From Balanoglossus misakiensis (lineage: Eukaryota > Animalia > Hemichordata), in the NCBI GenBank assembly GCA_040954595.2, contig CM082594.2, positions 3,395,319 to 3,459,318 of the forward strand: DNA of 64,000 nucleotides, given 5' to 3'. The stretch's first letter is position 1; every line of letters starts with the position of its first letter. Below are positions 39,488 through 54,400 of the stretch, piece by piece. Under the pieces are notes generated by a model that worked only from the letters and a program-made list of their open reading frames with translations, was not told the origin of the DNA and made no database searches. The position numbers were made by a program, and so were the translations under genes.

Positions 39488-42400
39488 GTCAGTCAGCAAC
39501 TTTTTCAGTCAACCAAACAATTAATCAATCACTTAATCGTTCAACCTACCTCTTTTTCGATGTAAGTTTTATTTCCATGATAAAACACATTTGAGGTGTC
39601 GCTCAGCTCTTCACTGTACACCCATGTATTTGCACCATAACCGCCTTGAAATATTACACTGCAGAGGAATGAGGTGGCGGCTACAAAACAAAGAAGCGTT
39701 TGAGTGCATATTATATAGTGGACAGGTATAGACAAGTAGATTAGTTGGTTCACACGTTTTGTTGCTGTTGTTTTATGTGATATTAAGCAGGAAGGGAAAT
39801 TGTCCATCCATCCGTCCGTGCAGTTAGCAAGTAAAGCAATCAATCAATCAATCAATCAATCAGTCAGTTAGCTGGTAAGTTTGTTTGTTCTCCAGAAAAT
39901 GAAGATTTAAGCTGTTTCATACCGAGTAGCGTTCAGCTATTTCAATAATACTATCCATACCAACCTTTACATGTTCCATCGGGAGCATAGTCGGTACTGC
40001 ATTCACATGTGTAATTCCCGGGCTCGTTCAGACACCGTTCATGTCGGTCAGAAGAACACGGCTTGAAGGCACATTCGTCTGTATCTGTAAAGTGAGGAGA
40101 GGGTAGGGCAGACACCGGAGACAAGTCGTCAAACACAGGGTAAAGAATATCATCGACCGAAATTAATTACTTTAATATGTATTATCAAATCTGCCCACAA
40201 GTTTGTTTGTCTTGCGCAGAATGAAATTTGTGAGATTCCACGGATGTTGTAACGCCTCGAGATATGCATTCTGTCATTCACGAACAGCCATTGTAAGAGT
40301 ATCTGAAATTTAGTGCGACACCACGAAGAAAGTGGCGTGTTTGACATCTTTATTTTGTGCATCCTTACCTTCACATGTGTGACCGTCTCCCGTGTATCCG
40401 AATTGACATTCGCAAGTAAACGACCCGTCGATATTGAAACATTCGCCGTTGGGGTCACAGTCATGGGTGCCGAGGTCACATTCGTCAATATCTTGTAAAG
40501 GAATATGGAAAGCTCTTGCGTTACACGTGCGGGTATATTTCTGCTTTCATGTGAGAAATATTAAGGATGTACGCGCAGAACATAAACTGGAAAACTGCGC
40601 GCACTTGTCTTTTTCCCATAGGATTACATTGATAATCGCTAGAAAACAAACTTCTACTATTGTCATTTTTACGAAATTTTACACATACCTCAGTCCAGTA
40701 AATATAAATTCATTGGTCAAATAAAATATAGGTTCACCGCGCTCTATTTTGAGATTCATTGCGTTAAAAATTTTGCCCATAGACAAACCATTGGTGAAAA
40801 ATGCTGAGTCAGCAGTTTTCTTCTATTATCGACTAAATTCATGGCTCTGTATTTCAAAAACAAGCACGGTGACCCTTATATTTTATGACGGATTTTCATT
40901 ATACATACAAAGGAGAATCCAAAAATCCAAAATCAAAAGAAATGACAATTCTTTCAATTTTACTGAACGTACATCCTTAAACCACGACTATGTATACCAT
41001 TTTGCATCCGGGCAAATGAATGGTCATATTACTACTGTTAGCAGACTTGAAACGGTAAATACATTTTGTTTACCCTTTGAATGCTTCTCAAAACACATAA
41101 GACACAGCATGTCCTGAAGCCAACAGACTGAGTAGAGTATTTTTGACATAGCATGTGGTATGCTTTAACTAACCTATGCAGTTTCGACCAGCATGTTCAC
41201 TTTGCCTGTGGTCGACGTATCCAGTAATGCACCGACACGAGTAGGAACCAATCGTATTGGTGCAAGTTGCCATTTCATGGCAGTTGTTGGCACCTGCGCA
41301 CTCGTCAATATCTGCATTGTGAAGGGATAATAACATTGGTCAGCCTTAGACCGCCATTTCCTCGTATTTTTCAACTTCGAATTTCAAACCCCAATCTACT
41401 TTCACGCTCTCATCAGTAACGTTCATGATAATCTGACTAGCTTATAGACATCTCCATTTGCATCATTCGCCCGTATAGGCCCAAGGAAGCTTGGTCAGAA
41501 TTTGGGAAGGGCGCTTAAAATGTGCAATTTATGCAAATTAGTAACGCCCCAACCAGGAGGAAGAAGTTTTGTTTGTCCTGCACATTCCATTATCCACTAA
41601 TTCTTACCTTCGCAAAACGTTCCATTGCCCTTAAAGCCTGTCTTACAGCTACATTCAAATGACTTATCTATGTTTCTGCATGTAGCATCTGCGTGACAAT
41701 CGTGTGTGTTTTCTTCACATTCGTTGATATCGTTGCACGTGTGACCGTCGCCGCGAAAACCACTATTGCATGTGCATCGATAACTTCCTTCACGGTTGGA
41801 ACACTCTGCTTTATCATCGCAGCTATCAACTGCACATTCGTCGATATCTAGAATGTGAGAGGGGGAGCGAAGGAGAGAGACAGGGGCAGACAGACAGTCA
41901 GACAGACAGAGACAGAAAGACATATATGACATTTCATGGAATCTCGAAAACCACGCTCCCTTGTCAGAATTCAAAGACCCAGAGATACCCGTGTCCATAT
42001 CGTTTTGTTAGAGCGAGAGCATATAGCTGCAATACAGAGGAAAGTACGGCCCTGCCAAATTAGGGCCCATAATCTCTCTCACAAATATATTTTATAGTCG
42101 CAAGAAATACTAATTTTCAGTCCATCGTTGAAGTCAGATTTTTATTTGATGACTAACCTGAACAGTTGTAGCCAGTTCCTTCATATCCCGAGTTACAGGA
42201 ACAGTTGTAAGATCCATCGGTGTTTGTACATGTAGCATCGGTATGACACGATGCGGTGCCCGCTCTACATTCGTCGATATCTGTGAGTTTTAAAGAACGA
42301 AAGTGAACAATCAGTTGTTGTTGTTGTTATTGGTATTGTTGTTTCTGTTATTGTTGTTGTTGTTTGTCATTCGATTGCACTTACCCGAGCATTGTCTCCC

Positions 42401-45400
42401 GTCTCCAACATAACCATCTTGACACACGCACGTGTACGATCCGATGGTGTTAGTACAGTTAGCGTTGCTTTCGGCGCATTCATCTGCGTCAAGCAAGCAC
42501 TCGTCAATATCTGTGGAAACAAAATGTTGACCTGGTCATATACAAGCATGTAGTATATGTATACGTAATACGAAGTCAACCGTTGATCCCTGTAAATTAT
42601 TCGTACGGCCCCATAATTCAAATTCTTCTCACAATTTTGATTGAGACTGTGTATAGTTATAGCACATCACACGAAATACAATAGACAATTATGCATATTC
42701 TCTTTACCTTCGCAAATACCATCGTTGTTTCTCCTGTAGCCATCGTTACACTTGCACTCATATGTACCAAGATAATTTGTACACTCGGAGTTCTCCGGGC
42801 AGGCACCGGGCCTACTGCATTCGTCGTCATCTGTAATAAGACGATGAAAAGTTGAGAGACTGCTCGGGTCCCAAAAATGGCAGATTAGGTCTAACCCAGC
42901 GGAAAGATGATTGCGTAATAATGTGATTCTCGTTCCGAAAGACAAACGTCACGCCAGGTTCAAATTTTACAGCCTTTAAAGGCCGAGTAGCTCAAATTCT
43001 GCAACTTTCATTTTTCGTCACCGCGTTGTCGTCTGCTCCTTTTGGATACTTCTGCTAGGCTCAAATACTGTGTGGTGTTAGAGTGTGCAACTTACCGTCG
43101 CAAATATAGCCATCGCCAATAAATCCACTTTTGCACGCACATCTGTAGGATCCCTGTGTATTAGTACAGTTTGCGTGTAGACTGCATAGATTTGTGGAGT
43201 CTGCGCACTCGTCATCATCTGACAAAAAACAGTGACAACTTTAAATAGTGTTTTGCACGGAAAAATACTTATTTTACAACTATTATTGGTACACGAATAA
43301 TTAAACATGTATGGCTTCACGTGCAGAAGGCACGTGAAGGCGTACACGTCAAATAGCAATGGATGAACTTCAACAAATAGGCGTCACCGATTTCTGGTAC
43401 CGCGTCATTTCAAAATGACCAGTACCCAGTATTTAACCTCTGACGTTTTGTGACTTTGATATTCAAACACTGTAATGCATGCTCGGTTCAGAGCCAACCC
43501 GAAAAAACAAACAAAACAATACCAACCTGTACAGGTGCCGTTGGTGTCACTGTAACCGTTCCTACAAACGCATTCGTAACTACCTTCACGATTGACGCAG
43601 ATTTGAACTTCTTCGTCACAGTCATGAGATGCACTGTGGAGGCATTCGTTTACATCTGTAGACAGGCAAAATAAAAGTACACGAGACCCATTCAATCCTA
43701 CATATATGTACATAATGCCTGGTCGGTATGGCGCTCGCAGTTACTGTGTGTTCGCAGCACAGTGTGTTTCGTGCGCCACGCATTTACGTATGCTGCTGAG
43801 CTGTTGCACATATGACATTAAACCTTAAATTATACCTTGACAGGAACGTCGATCTTCGGCAAGTCGATAACCGCTGAGGCAGTCGCACGTGTAACCCGGT
43901 ACAGTGTTACTACACATACCATTCATATTATCACATTCGTTGTTGATGTTGCTCTCACACTCGTCAATATCTATAATGAACAATAATAATAGGACTCGCT
44001 CGATGTTAATTTAGTAACTCAACCCATGCTTTTTGGCTATTACGTATAAACAGTCTTCTTTTCTTATGGCAGTTCCCTGGTAGTATGTAATAGTGTTAAG
44101 CTACCATATATGCTAACTGGATAAATTTCGCGTGAGAAAATTTTAACCAATAAGCTAATAGCGGCAAGAACAATGTACATGTACTCCCATTTTAGCCTTA
44201 AACCAAGCAAGTACCAAATCAACTAGTAGTTTCAATGAGAAATCAGATTGTTTGACTAAAGTTAATTAAATTCAAATTCAACAATGATTTTTTTTTCATA
44301 ATATCGGTACATTATGAAAACATCTCTAGCGGATCGAATTTGACGAAAATGACCAAATTTGAATTTATTTATAGGCTGTTGTCGGAAACTAAAAAAAGCC
44401 CATACTATAGGTTAAATAAGGGTAAAATTACCTATAGGCTAAACCGATGCGTTTGTATAGTTTGGCGTTAGCGAATTATTTGAACGAACTTTCAGGCCGA
44501 CAGACAGACAGACAGACAGACTGACATAAAATGTAACTACTACGTATAAGTATTACCTTCACAATATGTTAAATTGACTCGCTGGTATCCAGAACTGCAC
44601 TCGCAGATATCCATCGTTCCATTGTTGAAGCATGCGCTATTCACACAGACAGTATCTGTGCAATTTTGTTTAGCTAAAAGATAAAAAAATAACTATTCAA
44701 AGTGGGCTTGTATACATTACAATTATGTGTCAGACAATAGGGCGTGAAAAGAAGATTGTGAACACTTTTGGAAACACGTCTCGCAACTGAAATGCTTGGA
44801 TTACAAGAATTAAAGGAAAATTACAGCATCGCGGTTATTTAGTCCCGGTGTTCTGGTGTTTAACACCCTGTTTTTTTCTCTGTCTTCAAAAAGAATCCTG
44901 ACGCAGATTGAAGCAGCAAAGACTTGAAAGATTTGAAGAAGACTATCGTTGTTCAACGTGATAATCTGTCCTGGGGTGCGTACTATCTTATATAGTCTTG
45001 CTCCAAGACTGTGTGATACTGAAATGCGCGTTGTGTACAGAACGGCCAGTGGACGCGACGCCAATCACACTGGCGGCGCGTCGTACCGTCCGCAGTATGA
45101 AATACATTAACGACAGGCACAGCGACTGCTATAGAGTCTGTATCTTATACTGTGTAACAAGAGATACATAGGGGGGGGGGCACACTCACGTTGACAGTTT
45201 CCGCTCGCGTCCATTTGAAAATCGTCGTGGCACTCACAAAAGTAAAGCTCAGGATAAGTTGCGTTGGGCATGTTGTTTCTGCAGGCTTGCTCGCAGTTAT
45301 GTAAGTTCAGTGAGCACTCGTCAATATCTGTAATGTGTACACAGTAACACTATGAGCGTCTCTTCAACGTATATTAACTAAAATATTAACAGCCGCGTAT

Positions 45401-48400
45401 TCTGCATCCTCAAAGTATATCACAAGCATACTAAGTACAAGCTTAGGACATTATCAAATTATTGGTTAATGCTCCGATTGTCCGGAGACTTGCAATATTA
45501 CGACTAAAGATCTAACGTATAAAATCCATTGAATGTATTTTTCATCTGGAGGGGGCGGAACTATCCAGAACGTATAGATATTCCTTTGAATTCATTTAAC
45601 TCCTCTTCGGAAATCATCACATGTAATAAACAAGGTTGAAAAACAGTAGGGTAGATTCCGGTGTATTTGTTTTCACATCATTTTAGCTTGGAAGACTAAT
45701 GCGATTTTCACTTTCCCCAACAAAAAAAACTGAACTATGTAAATTGCCGCCTGGTTTACCTTCACAGGTGAGACCATCACTTTGTAGCAGGTACCCACTG
45801 TCACACGAACACGTGAAACTCCCGTCGGTATTGGTGCAGTTTTGATCACAGCCACCGTTGTCATCTGAGCATTCATCTTTGTCTAGAAGTGAATTAAAAC
45901 ATGGAAATTACCATCATGGTTATCACCAGCACTGTCGCCACGGATGATGTGCGACAGTACCACAATGAGTTTAGACCCTGCTGAATCAGGTGCTCAATCA
46001 ATGGCGTTCCCATTTTGAATCTGTAATCAATTCACACAAATTCCTTTTTATTTGCTACTGATTCCAATGAATGTGAAAAGGTTATTTTTTTTAAATCACA
46101 AGTACAAATACAATAGAACTTAGCACACTCTTACCTGTGCAGTCGTCGCGACCGTCACCCACGTAGCCAGTCTTGCACTCACACGTGTAGTTGCCCACTA
46201 CGTTTTTGCAAATCCCATAGTCTGCATGGCATTGAAAGAGATCGCTGTCCAGACACTCGTTGATATCTGGAAAGGGGTGAATTTTGTGGCATGAAAACCA
46301 TGTATACGTGACGTCGTGCCGGTGAACCCATCATAATTAATATTTTGTACCGTGTACAGGATGCGTGACCAGTAGCACCGTGCTGATAAGTCGCTCAACA
46401 GTGATACACTTGCATTTAACTTTTAATCCACAATGGACTAAAAAATTCTACAAAAAAGAAATGTCCATAAAACAATGCTTCTCACCGATACACAGACGCC
46501 CGTTGCCATAAAAACCGGCCATGCATCGACAAGAGTATGATCCTTCGGTGTTTTCACAGAGAGCGTTCGTATCACAACCGTCTGTGTCACTGGTGCATTC
46601 ATTAATATCTGTTAATCAAACAAGAGACAAAAATGTTTATTATAATGGTGGTGGTGACGACGACGATGGTGGTGGTGGTGGTGGTGGTGGTGATCGTGGT
46701 GGTGATGATGATGATTGAAGCACTCTGAAAACACTTAACCTCTTCTTGGTATCATCCCATTATAGTTGACGCCGCAACGTATTCTTTACTATCAATCACG
46801 TGATCTGGCAATGTGTCACATGGCGCAGTCATTTCCAGATGACGGGCAAGCAATATTTCGGCATCCAGTAAAAGTTTTTCCGAGTATGTTTTTACTTTAG
46901 AACCGCCAAACACATAACATGTATCGGGTATGTTGCCTCATCAGCCTCATTGCATTTCGTCTGCACAGTCTTTGTCTGCACCACGTAAGTCCACGTTGCT
47001 GAAGTTGCCCGTCATCTGGAAATCTGAACGCGAACGTAACTGCCACCTGAACGCGTCTGACGTCATTTGATAGCGAAGAATTGCGTGCAGTTTCGCAGTA
47101 ATGTCCACTTTAGGTTTGAAGTATTCTCCAAAGGTAGAAAGTCTAATACTGCGCTTGTCGTGGGCTTTAGTTGTTGCAACGATTGTTATTGTTTTAAAAT
47201 GACTTGTTGCTTGAAAGTCCTGACACACGCTGCTATGTACTAACCCACACATGTCCGGCCATCCCCGCTATATCCTGGCTTACAACTGCACTCGAATGAT
47301 CCTGGTATATTGACACAGTCTGCATTTGCTGGACAGTCATCTTCATCAGTTTGACATTCGTTGACGTCTGTGGAAAAAAAATTGAAAATGTAACATCAAC
47401 AAAATGAAACGTTTTCAAATAGAACTTTAAAAATATGTACGGTAAAGAATATAGTGATAGGTGTACGAGGGTCAGTGCCTCAGCGTGTTTTCTTCATTTC
47501 ACAATGAGGGAGGGGGTGGGGGTCACCCATGGAGGGAGTGACTGGTGGATGGAGGGATGGAAGACGATATACAGTAAAACCTGTCTAAACCGGTCAGGTG
47601 TCCAGTTTAGACAGGTTCCTTTAACATGTGGTTTAATTAGAAAGGGACTGGAAAATGTACATATAAGGTTGCTTTCAAGACTAACCTATACAATCGTAGC
47701 CAGTCCCTACAAATCCAACTTTACATTCACACGTGTAACTCCCGACGGTATTAGTGCAGACCGCGTCTCGGTGACACGTGTGGGGATGGGCGTCGTCGGT
47801 GCATTCATCCACGTCACTGCAAGCTGTTTTTCCATCGCCTGAGTATCCGTCGATACAGACGCATATGTAGGATCCAAAGGTGTTTTGACATTCAGCTAGA
47901 TCATGGCAGTCATCCAAAAGTCGGTCGCACTCGTCAATATCTGTAACATAACATAACATAACATAACATAACATAACATAACATAACATAACATGACATT
48001 TAATGACATAACATGAGATGAAATGCTATCTTGAACACAGTATAATGATAAAGATATATATTAATTCCTGTTTCCAGATTTTGCACGTTTCCATTATTTT
48101 CTTTACTCTCAAAAGTGTACCGCTTGTTTGAAACGCTATCATATTCTCTATAGTCTGACGAGTGCCTAATATTATAATATGCCGGCAAATGTGTGCAAAC
48201 ACAAAAACAGCTGCGTTTGCATGTGATGGTCAGTAACCTGCTAGAAATTCTCACCTCCACAGTTTCCCGCCAGCCCATTTCCTTCAAATCCACTGAAACA
48301 CTGACACTGGTACGACCCTTCTGTGTCGGTGCAATTGGCCTTTGGATCGCATGGCTCCTCTACGACGCATTCGTTTATATCTGTAAAAGAAATGACAAAG

Positions 48401-51286
48401 GAATGGTTGTATAAAATGCTTAGTCAGCACTTTTTGCTGTACATGCATATAAATAAACAAGCATGGTGAAACAGTGAATTCATTATGATTTTTAAAACGC
48501 TTCTCTTAGCACATTCTGTAAAACATGTCAACAACGTTTTGTCATAATTCTCTTTATAAGGGGCTATGGAACGGGAATACCATGTAATGATATCGATAAT
48601 CCCTTCCCAAATTAAAGCAAATTATAACTTACTTGTACAGTTTCTCCCTCTGTTATTTGGATTGACATCTCTGTAACCAGGATTGCAGGAGCATTCATAA
48701 CTGCCATTCGTGTTCCTACACGTTGCTTTGTCGTGGCAGGTGTGGATTCCTATGTCACACTCATCAATGTCTGTACGCAAATGGAAAAGAATGGCGAAGA
48801 GTCACATTATGCTAGAGCTATATATCAACTCAATCAAAATGTACTCAGAGGTGAAAATTGACCTTGGAACGGTCGTTTTAATCAATCAATCAATCAACCG
48901 ATCTAGCAATGCGGCGACGAATTTTCAAGAGAGGGTGCGGAAACAGTATTAAACGCTCTTTCGACGTGCCATCGTGAATTTCCTTGAGGTGCCATGATCA
49001 CACGTAATGAGTTGCCCTGATGCACCAGGCGACTGTTGTACATGTACATCCTGGACCCAATCGGGTCATTGACATAACGTTGGGGGCGATATGAGTTAAT
49101 TTATAAGTAGTCGATATGATTTTGAGCTTCAAATGAGCTTTCAACATGCAGCTACACGTAGACTATGTATGTAAAATAGTACGGATGTGACGTTGTCGTA
49201 CGCGTGTGACAGAAAGGCAGACGGTCGGAAAGAAAGACAGACGGACAAATAGATGACGTACCGACGCATGTTTTTCTGTCTGGCTGTAACTCGTAGCCCT
49301 GGTAACATGAACAAATGTAACTACCAATGGTATTATTACAGCGCTGGTTGCAGAAGGTAGCGTTAGCGTCGTTGTAGTCACGATCTTCAACACACTCATC
49401 GAAATCTGAAAATGACGATGATAATTTCACATTCGGGGTGAATATCTATTAGACAGATAATGAACACCTATTGCCTGGCCATGAGGGCCATAGCGGCCGT
49501 TTATTACACCCGAGGGGCTGTGAGTTACCAGAATCATATGCTATTTCCCGAGGCCGCAGGCCGAGGGAAATAGCATATTATTCTGGTAACTCACAGTCAC
49601 GAGGGGGTAAAAACGGCTGCTATAGCCCGAATATAGGCCAGGCTATAGGTGTTTTATAATAAACCTCATGCTAACAGCTGGGAAAATCTTGCAATTTTCT
49701 CTTGAGGTTGGCAGACGACATCTTCCGCGGTGGCCATTGTGTCAGACGACGCGAGGCTGATTGACGTGACCGAGTCTGCGCACTCACGCTGGTCACGTGA
49801 CCGGTTTATATTTTTTCTGCTATTTCCCTAGCGGTTCATAGTCGATTCTATTTTCCTATCACGTGACGGATTCTGGCGAATCCCGGCACAGTATTAGCAT
49901 GAGGTATATTATAATGTCCGTTATGATTCATGTAGAGACACTGGGGACGTGTAAAAACGAGTGTGTAGTTCCTCTCTGTGTGTTTCAAGTTTCAGAAAAG
50001 GCCAGGGGATTTTCTATCATTACATGACCAAGACATGCGTAATACTGACGCAGTATAGCATTCGGGCAGCTTCCGCCTCGTTGAAAATGTAACAGACATA
50101 TGTGGTAGATCTTCTACAAGTATGTTACTTTCTTGACACAGGTTATCTTGAAATCTTCTATTTTTGACCAAAAACAGACACTTTTGTTGGAATATGCCAA
50201 CAAGAGGGGACGGCCTTTACCTGCACACTTGATTCCATCACCGTCAAGGCCGGACGGGCAGGATCCGCAGGTGAAGCCGGCCGTGGACTCTTCGTGGGGG
50301 GCCTTCTCGTCGAAGCACAGAACGCCCGGATAGCATGGACTGTCCTCGCACCCGTTGTAATCATCCTCGCAAAAGTCTCCGGACCAACCGTTGGAACAGT
50401 TGCAAGGCACGACCTGAAGTGTTTCACAGAGACGCGTTTATAAATTTGAATTCAAAGCAGCGCGTTCGGGCACCAATATTTCAATGTGGTATGACGTGCA
50501 TCGTCGTCCACGCGCACGGGTCGTTGGCTCGACCACAGTCTCAATAACAGACTAAATTTTCGGAGAGCAAGACCTTGGCGGGCGAAGGTGGGCGTGTGTG
50601 AGAACCACAATAATCTGTGTGCGATTTTCTTATTCATACATTAAACTTGGGAGTTATTTGCTGACCAGTGTTGATCAGAATGGTTTTCGAGATATTACTG
50701 GTGCCAAATTGTGTGCAGGCTTGGACAAGACTAGTTTACTTTCATAATCCAAACGTATTCTCTATATCGTAAATAAAGACAATGAAAGACAATACTGACT
50801 ACAATGTTCCATACTTATTGAGCATATTTTTTTTCTACGACCGAGGCACTTACTTTGAAGTTATCGTTGACAACGTCACTTCCGTTGACAGCTCCCGCGA
50901 AGTCACACTCTCCTCCATTCTTACACTCGCACAAGCGAACTTCAACAACAAAGGTCGTTGATGCATCCTTGTCATCAGTTGCTGTGTACGCTACTCGCAC
51001 TTTGCTCCGGTCTGTAGGAGACCACTCAAAGAGTCCGTAGCCATCGCAGTCGGGCGATTTAACTTCAGAAGAGAGAAAAATAAATATTTGAATTTGCGAG
51101 TGCATGTCATTTGACGATTGCTTAAACATTCCGTGATCATTGAAAGTTAACCTCCTTCCTCTCCTGTTTGTTTTGGGTCCATGTAGACTCGTTACCGCGC
51201 ATGCTCGCCCAAATGCAAATATGCCTACATACATACATACATACATACATACATACATACATACATACATACATACATACACACAT

Positions 51287-51345
<59 letters not shown>

Positions 51346-51430
51346 TACATACATACATACATACATACATACATACATACATACATACATACATACATAC
51401 ATACATACATACATACATACATACATACAT

Positions 51431-51467
<37 letters not shown>

Positions 51468-54400
51468 TAGACATATAACGATTAACAAAAAAACGTAAAC
51501 TAACCAATTGTTCCACCTGGTACATCCTCTTGCAGACCATACTTGACTACATCTCCATTCGGGTCAGTAGCATAAACGCATTCCTGCACGAGTACCTCGA
51601 CGGTGGCGTCAATTGTTGCGTTGGCCGTGATGTTGGGCGGAAAATTGGCTGTTTGTGACAACAGAACGTCCAGTAAATAAGATGACTGCCAATCATGCCT
51701 GATTGGTGATTGTAACTCGTATAACGGGTTATAACCGACGTTTTTTTAGTAACAGTAATATTTATAGCAGGTAATAAATGGAAGAGTATTAACTTTAACT
51801 GAAAACGCGTCCAAGAGCGATATTCGTTAATGACATCACAGCAACATTACCTAGATCATTGGCGTCCTGTTGGAAAGTGTGCGACGTGAATTTTGTTGCC
51901 TCTCCAATGGCGGGATTACCGGTCGCAATGACGTCATACTGGCACTCAATGTCCGAACCACACGTCTGTTCGGCCAGATCCCTGTCGACGTCATCGGTCT
52001 CGTCGAGAAACATCGGTTCGAAAGCCAGGTCGTTGTAGTCACCCCAAGATTCTCCACTGCCGTACGTGAAAAGCGATTCGTCCGCCGAAACTCGCCCTAA
52101 GCAAAACGAATAGAGCATTTAACACATTCGAATTTGCGTCCATGTGAACATCGGTGGAATGTTTACGTGTCAGTAATTTTCACAAAATCGCATAAAAATG
52201 TGATCGTCTGTGAGAGGATGAAAAAGAATGGTAAAACTTGTTGCATTATGTTGGTATTCAATCCCATAAACGCAACTGAACATTGACTGTCGGAGCTCGT
52301 ACTTACAAGTTTCGCCAAAGTCGAAGTATTCGCGCTCTCTTGTAGGATATACAGTAGCTCCATTACGTAATCGGAAATCGTCGCCTTGGTCGTCATTCCA
52401 AACGCCTATCGCGAGATACAACGCGAATTGGGTAAAAATGACTGGATACAATTGCTTTCACTCTCAGAGTTGTCACGTTGTTCGAGTGAGTTCGTATTAG
52501 CTCACCTCGCAAACCTGACCTACACAGTACCTACGGCAATAGGCTACTGATATTCTTGCGGATGTTGTAGATATTTTCTCACTGACATGAACAATTCACG
52601 GTTTTATTTCCACAGGAAAAGTGCGCCAAGTTTACAATTTATTCAGCCTGAAGAAATTTTCTGTGATTTTGTGTACTCACCGAGAAGTCCGACAGTTTCA
52701 CCTTTGAAGTCATCGGGCGCACTGAAGACGACATCCAACATGGCTTCTACTACACCGACAGATATCGATATTCCCGAGGAGAACGCCGCCACAGTTCGAT
52801 TACGGGACGTTTCGTTGGTCGCCTTCAAGGAGAGTTTCACGTTGGTGGTGTTGTAGTTGGTTGGGTCTGACGGAGGTATATAATAAACACTTATTCAAAG
52901 AAAAACTCGTCGCGTGCTATAGTCTGTTATGATAATTATGATGTATCCAAAATCAAAGCAGCCTCGTGAGAGATTTAATAATTATGACAAGTACATGTAT
53001 TATTACAACATTCGATATTACCTTCATTGAGTAGATCTTTGTCAAACGCTTCTCCGTCAAGAAGGATAGCAAAATCAGTTTGTTCTTCGTTCATCGTCAT
53101 TTGAACCTGTAAGGGACGAAGGGGGAGAATAAAAAAGGGCCGGTTATGCAAAAACGTCTACAAAACAAAGCGGGTGTTACAAGTAGACTTGGGTGATCCG
53201 TTCTGGTCACTGAATTACATAGCGGCACGTTGTTCTAAGAAGAACTATCTGTTGTACAAACACGGTCTCGCCATGGTAAACATAGTGTGACCGAGTTAAA
53301 CCATTCTCACGGTTACTAGTACCTTTGTCGAGTTTTCTTCCTGAGCTGCGAATGCGATGAAAATCGTCGCGTTCGTCTGTGTGCCAGTGTTTCTCGGCCG
53401 CGCCGTTCGTCCTTGCAACTGAAAGTGCTCGTAGCTGACGTTCACCAAGGTGTATTCGCCGAGTCCGTTGAAAGTGTAATTGGCGCCATCCAGCGTCACC
53501 AAGTGAGGATCCCCGAACATCCAACCTTTGGAAAGCCAGAGATATGAATGAATGAATGAATGAATGAATGAATGAATGAATGAATGAATGAATGGATGGA
53601 TGGATGGATGGATGGATGGATGGATGGATGGATGAATGAATGAATGAATGAATGAATTAATTAATTAATTAATTAATTAATTAATTAATTAATTAATGCT
53701 TTCGCATAAAACTAGACATTTCTCTCACTGAAGTTGTCGAGTCCACATATATATTCATTTTTGACGAGAGACTCAATATACCTCAGATTGCAAAAAATAA
53801 TATTAGTCAAATAAGTATGAACAAAAAAGTTCGATTCAAACTCTAAGAATAAAAAAAAATTATTTTCCGAAATTAAGGATGAAGATGGAAAGAAATCTAA
53901 ATTAAGAATCTGCTGAGCTTACCTATTTACCGTCATAAATTTGAAAATGTAAAATATATCTTCTTTAAAATATATTATTATATATATTGAGGACCACTTA
54001 CCAGTTCTGGGTGGCATATACCCAGAGCATCGCCCTGCCGGCCTCTTCTCTTCGTACATCTTACAAAACTCCTCGTCACCAGATAATTCACAGCATAAAT
54101 ATCTGGGGTCAACGTCATCCCCTACATTGACAAAAGAAATAGTAGTAATGTGCAAAAAAACTACAATTGGAACTTTTTGTGTGATTATAGGTTACCCAGA
54201 AAATCGTCTGAATCAAGTGGATTCTATGGAACTGCATTGACACGTTTTCACATTGATTGTTTTCAGTAAAACCAATATCAGAAATCCAGCTTTAAAACAC
54301 GATCTAGTAGAAAAATAACTTATTTTCAGTGACTATTTCATTGTCAAACAGTAGTTCCATTCGTGTTAAACTGCCTGTCGGTGTCTTCAAGATACTTCCG

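Noticed and set aside
39965-50413. Calling gene 1 fibrillin, Notch or LTBP
   Set aside because: No TB, LNR or ankyrin domains were seen; NIDO-AMOP-VWD, SEA and PTS repeats indicate a mucin-type protein.
51137-51540. YVCM/HTYI-repeat ORFs
   Set aside because: They are translations of a compound microsatellite; only the flanking exons 50854-51062 and 51517-51648 are coding.
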